A DNA stretch of 63,116 nucleotides, filler included, from Octopus bimaculoides (taxonomy: Eukaryota), in assembly GCF_001194135.2 (NCBI RefSeq). It is 7 parts of 7 records of this genome, joined end to end, with 100 filler letters (N's around TTAATTAATTAA, not from the genome) between each part and the next. Parts side by side here need not be neighbours in the genome. Positions count along the whole stretch, not along the records: positions 43,181 to 61,796 come from NC_069003.1; positions 61,897 to 63,116 come from NW_026387402.1; 5 more parts are not named here. One strand, 5' to 3'. The position numbers and the translations under genes were made by a program. Below, in pieces: positions 51,690 to 63,116 of the stretch (positions are counted from its first letter, which is position 1; the number at the start of each line of letters is the position of its first letter). A model generated the notes under the pieces. The model was not told the origin of the DNA and did no database searches. It saw nothing but the letters and a program-made list of their open reading frames with translations.

Positions 51690-51930
51690 ACTCTAGGCAC
51701 AAGGGCCAGAAAATTCTTTTCTATTCTAGGCACAAGGCCCGAAATTTTGGGGGAGGGGGCCCAGTCGATGAGGTCGACCCCAGTACGCAGCTGATACTTA
51801 ATCTATCGATCCCGAAAGGATGAAAGGCAAAGTCGACCTCGGCGAAATTTGAACTCAGAACGTAAAGACAGATGAAATACTGCCAAGTATTTCGCCCGGT
51901 GTGCTAACCATTCTACCAGCTAACCGCCTT
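51690..51930 (-). mobile_element. SINE family B with duplicated tail
   Basis: CTAGGCACAAGG occurs twice before the body. Confidence 0.75.
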
Positions 51931-52841
51931 GTTTACAAATACATTCTACGCGGAAGCATGTAAATCGATGGTGCGTTCTGCTGCTTTTACCCTGGTCGAG
52001 AAATGTGCTAAAAATAACAGCCAAATAAGCTTTAAATCACGCACACACACACACACCAATGTTTTTTTTTGGGGGGGGGGGTTGCATAATTGCATGAATT
52101 TCCGAGTGTAGAATACAAATTCGCAAACATTTCCTGAAAATTCCAAAAAATAGAAAAGTTATGAGTAGTTATATGCCGTACATAGAGCAGAAGTTGATTT
52201 ATTTACAGTTTCGTATTAATACACGTCACGCACAAAATGACAACTTCTAAATCCTGTTTTCTGATTGAGTGAAAATTATCAAACTTTAAACCTCTATAAC
52301 TTTTTTTAGAAAGAAAAATTCTTGTAAAAGTGAAATATCTCCCGAGGTTCGACTTGGAAAACTATATTAATGTAGCAAATTTTAAAATTTTCAATAAACT
52401 TTGAAGTTTCGAATGTTGGCAGCCAAACTGAAAAGGTGCCTCATCTTTGTCAGTTGAGTAGACTGAAGTAACGGGAGATAAAGTGTCTTACAGACGGACT
52501 CATAGCATCGCCGGGAATCGAACTGACGACTTTACGATCGTGAGACAAATATCTTTAACCACTAAACTACGCGCCATAAAATACAATCACAACAGCAAGA
52601 TGGTTACCAGCATTTTAGACTTTTCAAACCCCTTGGTGAAGAAAGAAAAACTGCATGGATGCAAATATCTAATTGGTCATTTCCTTAATTAAGAGGGGGA
52701 AAATACATGGAGTGGGGTGGGGAGAGGAAAGGATCCCATTTGGGGAAGGGTGAGAAAGATTTGTGAACCGTTTCGTCTGTGTTATTAAAAACAATTCTAA
52801 TCCTTCTCAGAGGAGGGATTGTCGTATTTGACAGTCTTACC

Positions 52842-52875
<34 letters not shown>

Positions 52876-53230
52876 TAGAATGTGAAACAAAGTGCCTTGC
52901 AGTATTTACTTACATTTCTTTAGGCTCTAGGTTCGAATCACGCTGAAAGTGATCTGTCTTCAATCCTTCTTGGGTCGGTAAAACAGATACACAGTCAAGC
53001 ACTGGAGGCGATTATATTGCTTGTACTCTTTCTTTCCGGAATCGAACTCTTGTGCCTATGGTTTCCGTATGGCCACGTAACTTAGCGGTTCGGTAAAAGA
53101 GAGCCGAAAGTATAAGTACCACACTTTGAAAATAAGGAACCGGTTGTGTGTTGTTCGACTAAACTCTCCAAAGCTGTGCTCCAGCATGGTCGCTGTCCAA
53201 TGGCTGAAACAAGCAAAAAATTAAAAAAAG

Positions 53231-53277
<47 letters not shown>

Positions 53278-53295
53278 GGCGACGAGCTGGCAGAA

Positions 53296-53812
53296 TGCTT
53301 GGATTTTATTCCATCCAGTCAAATTTGAGCGCAACACCAGCCTCAGTCTTCAGAAATACACCATCCTCAGTCTTCGGAAATACACCAGCCCCAGTCTTCG
53401 GAAATACACCATCCTCAGTCTTCGGAAATACACCAGCCTCAGTCTTCGGAAATACACCAGCCTCAGTTGCTTTCTCATTTCCTTCTCCGTTATCTCGTTG
53501 AACTCTGGTACACCAAGGCATTTATATCATTCCGTTTCGATTTGTTTAATCAAGTCTCTATTCGGTAATTCTATTCCAGCCAGGGACTGTACCTTGTCTC
53601 TTTTTAGGTAGATTATTCTGCACTTCTTGAGTCCAAATTCCATTCTAATATCAGTAGTAAATCAGTGGACCGTGTTCACCAAGGAACTCACTTGTGTCTC
53701 ATCTTTGAAATACAGTTTCAAGTCATCCATGAAGAGGAGATGGTTGATAGTTCGGGATTTTTCCTTTAGTTGGTACCCCAGATTCATTTTCCTAAGTACC
53801 AAGTTCAGAGAT
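53296..53812 (-). mobile_element. R4/Dong-type RT core fragment containing a 24-bp tandem expansion
   Basis: INHLLFMDDLKLY, MEFGLKKC, YKCLGV...KEMRKQ(LRLVYFRR)n LRLVLRSNLTGWNKIQA. Confidence 0.8.
53334..53467. repeat. 24-bp minisatellite, 5.6 copies
   Basis: Unit ACACCAGCCTCAGTCTTCGGAAAT read directly. Confidence 0.95.
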
Positions 53813-54041
53813 ATCATGATCGCATGATTGTGGTTTCGGGTCGGTCCGAGTCTATAGTAAGGGATACTTGCACAAAGTACCACGCAATGGGACTGAAACC
53901 GGAACCATGTGGTTGGGAAGCACACTTCATACCACACAGGCACGCCTACTGTCGTTTTGTTTTAAACGCTCGTTCAACACTTTGCGCGCGCGTGCACATG
54001 AAAAGGAATATTCGACATTGTTCTAAGCTTCAGAAGCCTGG

Positions 54042-54113
<72 letters not shown>

Positions 54114-54299
54114 GCGTGACCTCGTTATACACGGATGTAAATAGTTGTGCAATAACTATCAATAAGCGTGCGTGTGCGTATGTGTGTGTGTGCGAGTGTG
54201 CGCGCGTGTGTGTCATTCTGGAAGGACTGATGTTAGTACGACTTCAGTGATAAGCCTCTTCATGTAATACTCAAACAGCCGATTGCTCACAATTCTCAC

Positions 54300-54475
54300 G
54301 CCCTCCTCCTTGCCCCGCTCTTTATCACTCTTACTCTCTCTCTATTGGCTTCTCTCTTTCCCTTTCTCTTACTTTCTCTCCCTCCCTCTATTTGTTTCTC
54401 TCTCTTTCTCTCTCTCTCCCTCTTTCTCTCACTCTCTCTCTCTCTCCCACTCTATCTTTCCTTCTATCTCTCTCC
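54300..54475. repeat. Polypyrimidine (CT-rich) tract
   Basis: Direct observation. Confidence 0.9.
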
Positions 54476-54567
54476 GTCGCCTACGCACGGAGAGACGGTT
54501 TCACACCAAGACGCTTGTGTGAGTGCGCGCGTATGGGACTGTGTTTGAGTGTGTGTGCATGTGTTTA

Positions 54568-54606
<39 letters not shown>

Positions 54607-54644
54607 AGTGAGTATGTGTATGTATATGTAGACACACACCTATA

Positions 54645-54709
<65 letters not shown>

Positions 54710-54715
<6 letters not shown>

Positions 54716-54915
54716 TCTTTTACTCCTTTATTTGTTTCAGTCATTTGACTGCAGCCATGCTGGAGCACCGCCTTTAGTCGAGCAAATCGACCCCAGGACT
54801 TATTCTTTGTAAGCCTAGTACTTATTCTATCGGTCTCTTTTGCCGCCCCGTTAAGTGACGGGGATATAAACACACCAGCATCGGTTGTCAAGCAATGCTA
54901 GGGGGACAATCACAG

Positions 54916-54971
<56 letters not shown>

Positions 54972-55125
54972 GACGGGCTTCTTTCAGTTTCCGTCTACCA
55001 AATCCACTCACAAGGCTTTGGTCGGTCCGAGGCTATAGTAGAAGACACTTGCCCAAGGTGCCACGCAGTGGGACTGAACCCGGAACCATGTGGTTGGTAA
55101 GCAAGCTACTAACCACACAGCCACT
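54710..55125 (-). mobile_element. SINE family A (tRNA-derived head, CORE-like CCTTGGGCAAG domain, internal TA/CA microsatellite, CR1-like tail); near-intact copy
   Basis: Minus strand: TGGCTGTGTGGT (A box)...GGTTCAGTCCC (B box)...CCTTGGGCAAGTGTCTTCTACTATAGCC...(TA)n(TG)n...GGCGGTGCTCCAGCATGG...GACTGAAAC; many copies in window. Confidence 0.85.
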
Positions 55126-55532
55126 CAGCGGTTCAGCAAAGGAACCGATAGAATAAATAACAGGTTTTTAAAAGAACTAGTGCGGTCGGTTCATTCGACT
55201 AAAGGCGTTGCCCCAGCATAGTCGCAGTCTAATCACTGAAACAGGTTAAAGAACAAAGGAATAGTTATATGTTCCAAGATACATGCTCATATATTTGAAT
55301 ACGCATATATACACACATATAAAACAGATGATACACATGCAAGCCCTCGCGCTTCTGTGTGTTTGGTGGTTGGAGGTGTGTCAATATCACGCCCATAAGG
55401 AAAATGTGTTGGCGGCCATTAACGTCGCTTGGATTGTTCTAGACAAGTAAATCTCAAACAGGATGTCGTGCGGACAAGTGTCTGTGGGGAGACATCATAA
55501 TATTAGTAATAATAATAATAATAATAATAATA

Positions 55533-55566
<34 letters not shown>

Positions 55567-55568
55567 GG

Positions 55569-55604
<36 letters not shown>

Positions 55605-55889
55605 TATACATATATATATTATTTTAAATGGCTTATAAACACCTTCCACGCTGCAATTGTTTTCGTTCCAGCACACTATCTCAGATCAAGTCATTTGCTA
55701 TGCAAGTACATCTCCNNNNNNNNNNNNNNNNNNNNNNNNNNNNNNNNNNNNNNNNNNNNNNNNNNNNNNNNNNNNNNNNNNNNNNNNNNNNNNNNNNNNN
55801 NNNNNNNNNNNNNNNNNNNNNNNNNNNNNNNNNNNNNNNNNNNNNNNNNNNNNNNNNNNNNNNNNNNNNNNNNNNNNNNNNNNNNNNNN

Positions 55890-55956
<67 letters not shown>

Positions 55957-56134
55957 ATATATATGTTGTATTTATATAATATTATATAAACGAAATTAAA
56001 TAAATGATAAATGAACGGGGGATTTTTCAATGAACTTCATAAGCTTATTGCTGTTTCTGCTATAAGATGCAGTGTAGCCAGAGCTGAGTGCTTGCGGATC
56101 ACTTAAAACTTCTTTTAACCTACCTAAGCGGATT

Positions 56135-56336
56135 GGTTCACACAGTTATAGGCTGGTTAGTTCACACTGTCATAGATTGCGTGGTCGATATAATTATAAG
56201 CTGAATGGTCCATACAACCATAGGCTGAAGTAGTAAATATATATATTTATGTATATAGATGGCGTGGTTCACAAAGTTATAGGCTGAATGGTCTATACAA
56301 TCGTAGGCTGATTGTCCCACATAATTATTGGCTGGC
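56135..56336. repeat. Degenerate ~24-bp minisatellite, about 7 units
   Basis: Units resembling GGTTCACACAGTTATAGGCTGAAT. Confidence 0.7.
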
Positions 56337-56484
56337 AACAGAAAATTTTAGATTCGAAGATTTTATTAGAAATATTCAATTTTTGGAAAGACATTCGTAA
56401 CATTTAAAAATAAAATATTTTAAAAAGAAACCATATAAAATTATAAATCCAATGCTAATAATTATTTTAAAATCTTTTCTACAG

Positions 56485-56616
56485 AATGCTGACGGTAGTT
56501 TTTATGCGGTTAACCAGATAGAAACGATATAGAGCGGGCTGTCAAGTTTGCTCCATTACAATTCTAGACGTCATTTCCTTGCATTTTATACGGCACTCGA
56601 CTCTCCCCGACCAACC
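56485..56616 (+). other. 5' UTR portion of the WDR86-like exon, preceded by a splice acceptor
   Basis: AATCTTTTCTACAG acceptor ends at 56484, 132 nt upstream of the Kozak ATG; implies an upstream non-coding exon. Confidence 0.55.
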
Positions 56617-57372
56617 ATGGGCAAATGTGGTTCCAAGAACAACGACAGTAATAAGTCGTATCTGTTACAGTCTTTGAACCAGCATACAGCTGGAATTAAC
56701 TGCATGGCACTGAGTGAAGACGGTTCGGTGCTGGCAACGGGCAGCGACGATAAAACCGCGCGACTATGGAGCACGAAAACACGCAAGTGTGAATGTATGG
56801 GAACGTTGGTCGGTCACACGGATTATATCAATTGCATTCTCATTGAGGAAGCTGATGTCCTGACAGGCAGCGCTGACAAAACAATTCGTAAATGGGATAT
56901 TTCCACTTGTCAATGTCTTTTAGTCATGGAAGGTCATAAATCGTTAATATATCGTATTATATGTACGGGCGACTTTGTCATATCCAGTTCGTACGACCGC
57001 ACAGCTAAATGCTGGGATTTCAATGAAGGCATAAGTTTGATGACATTCGAAGGCCATAAGCGAGGAGTGTTTTCTTTAATTTTCATCCCTTCTGATGAGG
57101 AGGAATACGAAGACGCAGAAGATGACGAAGCTATGGATATTCTAGTGACAGGTTCGGCGGATGGGGATGCTAAAGCCTGGAACTTTGAGAGTGGCGAATG
57201 TCTCCATACATTCAAAGGTCACACAAACGCCATCACATGTATGGCTATGGATTCTGTTGGAGAGACATTATTTACGGGCAGTTTGGACCATACAGTACGG
57301 AGCTGGAATGTGATGACCGGAGAGAGCTACAAGGTATTCCAAGGGCACCAAGCATCAGTGATATCTCTTCAG
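56617..57372 (+). CDS. WDR86: WD40-repeat protein, WDR86-like; first coding exon (252 codons, phase-0 donor); remaining exons not found in window
   Basis: ATG in ideal Kozak context (CCAACCATGG). Open frame MGKCGSK...SVISLQ with repeated GH...WD/WS/WN WD40 motifs. Recalled similarity to vertebrate WDR86 (HxxGINxxxLSxDGxxLxTGSxDxTARLWST; SSSYDRTAxxW; LVTGSxDGxAKxW). Strong donor CAG|GTAAGT at 57372/57373. Confidence 0.88.
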
Positions 57373-58902
57373 GTAAGTCTGTGTTGCTTGTTTTTGACAG
57401 TTTATGAGATGAAAGAATGTGTTTTTTTTTTTGTTTTTTGTTTTACTTGAAACCTCAAATTGTGACTTGAAATTTCTTTTATGCTGGTGTATACATTGAA
57501 GGATATCAACACTGGGGACCAAACCAATATATATATATATATATATATATCATAAGGGAAAGAGAGAGTTTGGAACAACATAATCAATTTATTTACATTC
57601 TGTCAATTATAAACCTACGATCGTTTCCATTATGAAATAACGAAGGTAGACATTTCTTCAGGGCGAAAATTGACACATTTGTTTTTACATCCTAACAGAT
57701 AGAGCGTTCACGCAATTTTAATTATAATTTGAATGAAGATCGATATGGAAGCGTTCGTGAATAAATTGATGCAAAGGACCAGTATGAAGGTAACCTGGGT
57801 CAACTTGACATCCGCATCTTATCCAAGCACCCAAAGGACCCAACACTCAGACAAATATGGGAGTACACCCTCATAAATGAAACTTCCCCTATACTAAATA
57901 GGAAATATACATAGTAGATATCGTACCCCCATACCCACAGTTTACACAGGTAGAGTAGAATACTTAGTGGGCTGTTATGTAGACAGATGGATGTATGTAT
58001 GTATGTGTGTGGGGGCGGGTGTATGAATATATATATATATATGTATATGCACATGTATGTAAGCATATGGATATGAAAGTAAACAGATCAACATACAGAC
58101 GGATAGTTACATAGGTTATATGAACAAACAAGCACATATACGCAAATGAAGACTGTTTATATGCACACACACTTTACTTCACACAGGGACACATATGGAG
58201 ACACACGTCCACACTTATGGAGATGCATATCCATGCATACAAACACGGCGCATAGTTGTAAAACACACACACACACACATACACACAGAGACATGCACAC
58301 ACAAGGAGACAGAGGTACTCACACACATATACAAACACACACACACACATACACACAGAGACATGCACATACACAAGGAGACAGAGGTACTCACACACAT
58401 ATACAAACACACACACACGCACATACATAAAAACATACAAACACGGACATGCAAATATATATATATATACTAGCTTAAAAGCGGCTTTTAATCTAGTTCC
58501 CGTGGACGGCTTTTCATTGGGCCTTGGGTTCAACAATGACACTTCATGCATTGAGTGCATATTAAATCTTATTAAACTTCAACAATATTTTTCAAACAAT
58601 GAACAATTTTCATCAAAACAATGATATAATTTTTCGACTTGAAACTCATTGCAAAGCTGCATAATAAGCAACATTTTTTTGTCTTCCCTTTCGGGGGTCA
58701 GTACAATTTTTTTTCTATCTAACCTCTTTCTCTCTGTCTCTTTTTCTGTTGATTGTTTTCAACCATCACCATCACCAGTGACATCACCATCGCACACACA
58801 CCATTTTCTTCTCTGCGCCAAAGACACTTGCATCGCTGGTGACACTCAACAACCTGCCAAGGCTTGTTTCTCTTCCTTCTGTCACATTCATGTTTCTGTA
58901 TA

Positions 58903-58941
<39 letters not shown>

Positions 58942-59826
58942 CACACACCTATGTATACGTACTCAGATACTTACATTCATATATATATATGTGTTTGTAT
59001 GCATGTCTAACTGTCTGTCTGCCTGTCTGTTTGTATGTATGTATGTATGTATGTATATATACACAAGACTGCACAAGATTGGGCAGGTCCATAGCGATCG
59101 TCGTCCATATGTATCGGATCGGCTATAATCCATAATGATCACTGTTCGATATATACACACCATTCATCACAGTTGACAGAATATAGTATGACCAGTGTAT
59201 CATCGCATCTAAACACACACACATACACATTTATATATATATATATAAATGTGTATGTGTGTGTGTTTAGATGCGATGATANNNNNNNNNNNNNNNNNNN
59301 NNNNNNNNNNNNNNNNNNNNNNNNNNNNNNNNNNNNNNNNNNNNNNNNNNNNNNNNNNNNNNNNNNNNNNNNNNNNNNNNNNNNNNNNNNNNNNNNNNNN
59401 NNNNNNNNNNNNNNNNNNNNNNNNNNNNNNNNNNNNNNNNNNNNNNNNNNNNNNNNNNNNNNNNNNNNNNNNNNNNNNNNNNNNNNNNNNNNNNNNNNNN
59501 NNNNNNNNNNNNNNNNNNNNNNNNNNNNNNNNNNNNNNNNNNNNNNNNNNNNNNNNNNNNNNNNNNNNNNNNNNNNNNNNNNNNNNNNNNNNNNNNNNNN
59601 NNNNNNNNNNNNNNNNNNNNNNNNNNNNNNNNNNNNNNNNNNNNNNNNNNNNNNNNNNNNNNNNNNNNNNNNNNNNNNNNNNNNNNNNNNNNNNNNNNNN
59701 NNNNNNNNNNNNNNNNNNNNNNNNNNNNNNNNNNNNNNNNNNNNNNNNNNNNNNNNNNNNNNNNNNNNNNNNNNNNNNNNNNNNNNNNNNNNNNNNNNNN
59801 NNNNNNNNNNNNNNNNNNNNNNNNNN

Positions 59827-59888
<62 letters not shown>

Positions 59889-60569
59889 AGAGGGGGAGAC
59901 AGTTAATGTGTATAAACGTATATATAAATATGTATGTCTATGAATAAGTATATGTATGCGTGCACCTGTAGCCTGTTGGTGTATAATATGAATGTCTATC
60001 GCGTGCTGAGGCACAACCCACACATGAAATAAAGGAGAAATTATACTAAAATGCATAATTGTATTGATAACTTCATGTCTATTATGTCTATGTATGTATG
60101 TATGTATGTATGCATGTACGTACGTATTTGTCATCAATTTAACTACTATCATACATACATACAAACACACACGTATACATATATATATATATATATAATA
60201 TCATTCGGATGTTAACCCTGGAGCTTACCCTACTAAGTTAATCCATGTCTCCAGTCTATCAGCCAGTAATCCGGAGATTGTTTGTTTTATCAAACACATG
60301 TCAGAAAATCCACGAATATCCGCAGAGATGTTACAATTATAAACAAGAATAATGTCCTGACCAATTATTACATCAACCGTAATAGAAGGATTTGCTATCA
60401 CTCTATTCTTGTTTACATATTCACATTCATATACATACGGTCTAACGACACTCCATCTTTGTTTTCGTTCGGTTTCTTTGTATATCTCCACTGTCCTGAT
60501 TTTGTTCCCAACTTTGACCTTCCATAAATCCTAAATTTTATTTTAGAATTTATGGGAGCAACGGTCATG

Positions 60570-61385
60570 ATGCTGTAGCTAGGACACTCTATAATGAAAT
60601 CCGTCGGAAAGATAACCCCGAGGACAAAGATATAAGAACCCACAGTATGGTAGAAGCCATAGTCACTTATAATAAAAAGGAATACTGGTGGAATGTGCCA
60701 GTGAAGACCTCAATAAAATGTAAGCACAACAGACCTGATAGAATGATTCGGGATAGAGAAGAGAAACAGTGCTCAGTTGTAGAAATTAGCTGCCCAGAGG
60801 AGGTTAACATAAAGCTGAAGATCAGTGAAAATGAGAGCACCTATGCTGAACTATTGAGGAATCTGCTGTTACTCTATCCAGATTACAAATTCAGGTTTAN
60901 NNNNNNNNNTGAGGAATCTGCTGTTACTCTATCCAGATTACAAATTCAGGTTTATACCTGTAATTATTGGGGTTCTGGGATATGTAACACACTGACTAAA
61001 TACCAACCTTGAGAAATTTGGCTTCTCAAAACCAGAAAGGAAAAAGCTAATTCCACGACGACAGATCCAAGCCATCACTGGAACTGTAAAAATCTGTAAA
61101 ACTTTCCTGAAGTTTATCATTTAAATATATACGAGAATGTCTAGATTTGCAACTATATATGCATGAGAATACATACATAAAACAATACATACAAATCTGC
61201 ACATATATACATTCTTACATATATACATACATACATACATACATACATACATACATACATACATGCATACAAAAATACCCTGCTGATATTGTTGAAGTTC
61301 CAATGAAGGAGCCTTGGATCTAGGTTAGAAACCGGTTCTTTCTCTATTGGCAAGAAATCTTGAAATAAACTAAATAATGACATAC
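60570..61385 (+). mobile_element. RLE-type non-LTR retrotransposon 3' fragment with (CATA)n-containing 3' region
   Basis: GHDAVARTLYNEIRR (RHD-like), YWWNVPVKTSIKCKHNRPD, VEISCP, IPVIIGVLG, QAITGTVKICKTFLKF; clade (R4/Dong versus CRE-like) uncertain. Confidence 0.75.
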
Positions 61386-62629
61386 ATACATACATACATA
61401 CATACACACGTATGTGAATGTGTGATAGGTTGAAGATACAGCTGTGTTCCAGTTTATTGGTTTTTATGCTAAATGACAAAAGCAAATTCATAGAAACTAA
61501 CCAAGTGCACGGTACATTAATTAAGTCCAATAGATTAATTACTGCTGCAAGCTGTCAATTAGGATCTCATGTTTCTGCAACACAGAAAGAGAATTTGTAC
61601 AGTGACATATTATCATCTCCATAACGGCAAAGGCACACCAACTGTTTTTTAACTTTCTCCGGCCTCTAATCACTCAAACCAACTCACCAACCTCTCGACT
61701 CTGTAAACAACCTGAAAGGAGAATCATAAAGAAGTAAACACCAGACACACACACACGCACACACACACACGTACACACACACACACACACGCACACNNNN
61801 NNNNNNNNNNNNNNNNNNNNNNNNNNNNNNNNNNNNNNNNTTAATTAATTAANNNNNNNNNNNNNNNNNNNNNNNNNNNNNNNNNNNNNNNNNNNNTGTG
61901 TGTGTGTGTGTGTGTTTACATACATATGCATATAATATGATATAATATAATATAATATATATATTATACAAATACATATTTTCACTCGTATACAGATATA
62001 TACATGGAAGTTCACATATGCAATTCTGATCGCATAATTCTCCTTGTTATGACGAATTTGTTTCTATTTTCTCAATTTGCGACATACCAATATGAATGAC
62101 ATGCTTTGTTATTTAAATATATTCTCTCAATGGCCGAGGTTTTCAACTTTGTCTGCCGTGTTATTTTTTTAATATTGATATCGGATAATGTAGTTATAGA
62201 CAGAGTACGTCTGGATAAAAGGCGGGATAGCTACGCTGGAGGTTCTTTGATACAGAAGTCCCGAAAGATGAAGGTTAGATCTGTGGGTTAAATAACGAAC
62301 ACAATATTAACAACTGTATCAATAACGTGAACAACAATAGCTGGAATAATGTAGAGATTCGTAATAATATCAAAAAACGGACGTAAAAAATAGACATAAA
62401 AGAAAAAAAAATATCAGAAACAAAAACACTGTACACATATACACATACTCTGGCATACTAATAGATTCGTGTACATACATATATATATATATATGTGTGT
62501 GTGTGCATACAAACATAGATGCATTTACATATACACACACATATATCAACATACACATGGACACATACATACGCACATACGTGCATAAAAACACGCGCGC
62601 AAACGCAGGGATACACACATAGCACACAA

Positions 62630-63116
62630 ACACGGCTGTATGATAAGAAGTTTGCACCCCGACCGCAAGGACTCGCGTTCAGCCCCACTTCAGAAATGTG
62701 TATGCATGTGTTTTCTACTATAGTCTCGGGCTGATCTAAATATTAAGAGAGGATTTCAATGACGGAAGATGAAAGAAGCCCCTCGTATCTATATATATAT
62801 ACTCTTTTACTCTTTTACTTGTTTCAGTCATTTGACTGCGGCCATGCTGGAGCACCGCCTTAGTCGAGCAAATAATCGACCCCAGGACTTATTCTATCGT
62901 GAAGAGTTAAAGAACCCTTTCGTATATATATATAAATATGTGTGTGAGTGCGTGATTCTTTATGTGTGTGTTGTCCCCAGCTCTCACGCTTGACAACCGA
63001 TGTTTGGGCAAGAGGAGCCCCGATAAAATAAATACCAGGCTTCCAGAAAATGAGTCCAAGGACCGACTAAAAGGGTGATGCTGCAGCATGGCCGCAGTCA
63101 AACGACTGGAACAATA
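62630..63116. mobile_element. Cluster of SINE family A pieces (left arm +, right arm -, right arm +)
   Basis: Head at about 62630; inverted tail at about 62800-62900; forward right arm at about 62950-63116. Confidence 0.7.

Noticed and set aside
53334-53467. 24-bp repeat array as a CRISPR-like locus
   Set aside because: No unique spacers, no cas genes, eukaryotic context; the units are contiguous and encode part of a LINE RT.
59198-59281. Perfect 84-bp palindrome centred on (TA)n
   Set aside because: Zero mismatches and ends exactly at a gap; typical of an assembler reversing strand through a self-complementary TA repeat. Needs long reads before being believed.
60850-60960. Short duplication inside the RLE LINE
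   Set aside because: Flanks a 10-N gap: assembly overlap.
57373-63116. Second coding exon of the WDR86-like gene
   Set aside because: No segment with WD40 motifs was found in any frame; it must lie in a gap or beyond the window.

Overview
AT-rich, gap-riddled eukaryotic genomic scaffold, almost certainly an octopod cephalopod (Octopus-like). This is inferred from the microsatellite load and the SINE/LINE/Tc1-mariner families present. Most of the window is intronic or intergenic repeat. There is one clear protein-coding exon, at 56617-57372 (+), encoding the N-terminal 252 aa of a WDR86-like WD40 protein with an MGKCGSK acylation-type N-terminus. Splice signals also suggest a second, divergently transcribed gene on the minus strand: a putative first exon at 49982-50152 and an exon at 41005-41069 that ends exactly in ATG. 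Its coding exons could not be identified. The rest consists of decayed R4/Dong-type and CR1-type LINE fragments, Tc1, mariner and maT transposon remnants, several MITEs, a long fold-back element, many SINEs and microsatellites. Assembly artefacts include TTAATTAATTAA linkers and duplications across 10-N gaps. No tRNA/rRNA genes, CRISPR arrays or prokaryotic systems are supported. I found no clear evidence of a wholly new biological system. The best leads are a possible microsatellite-centred bidirectional promoter, SINE/LINE tail sharing and swapping, a telomere-repeat-carrying insertion, and long hairpins.
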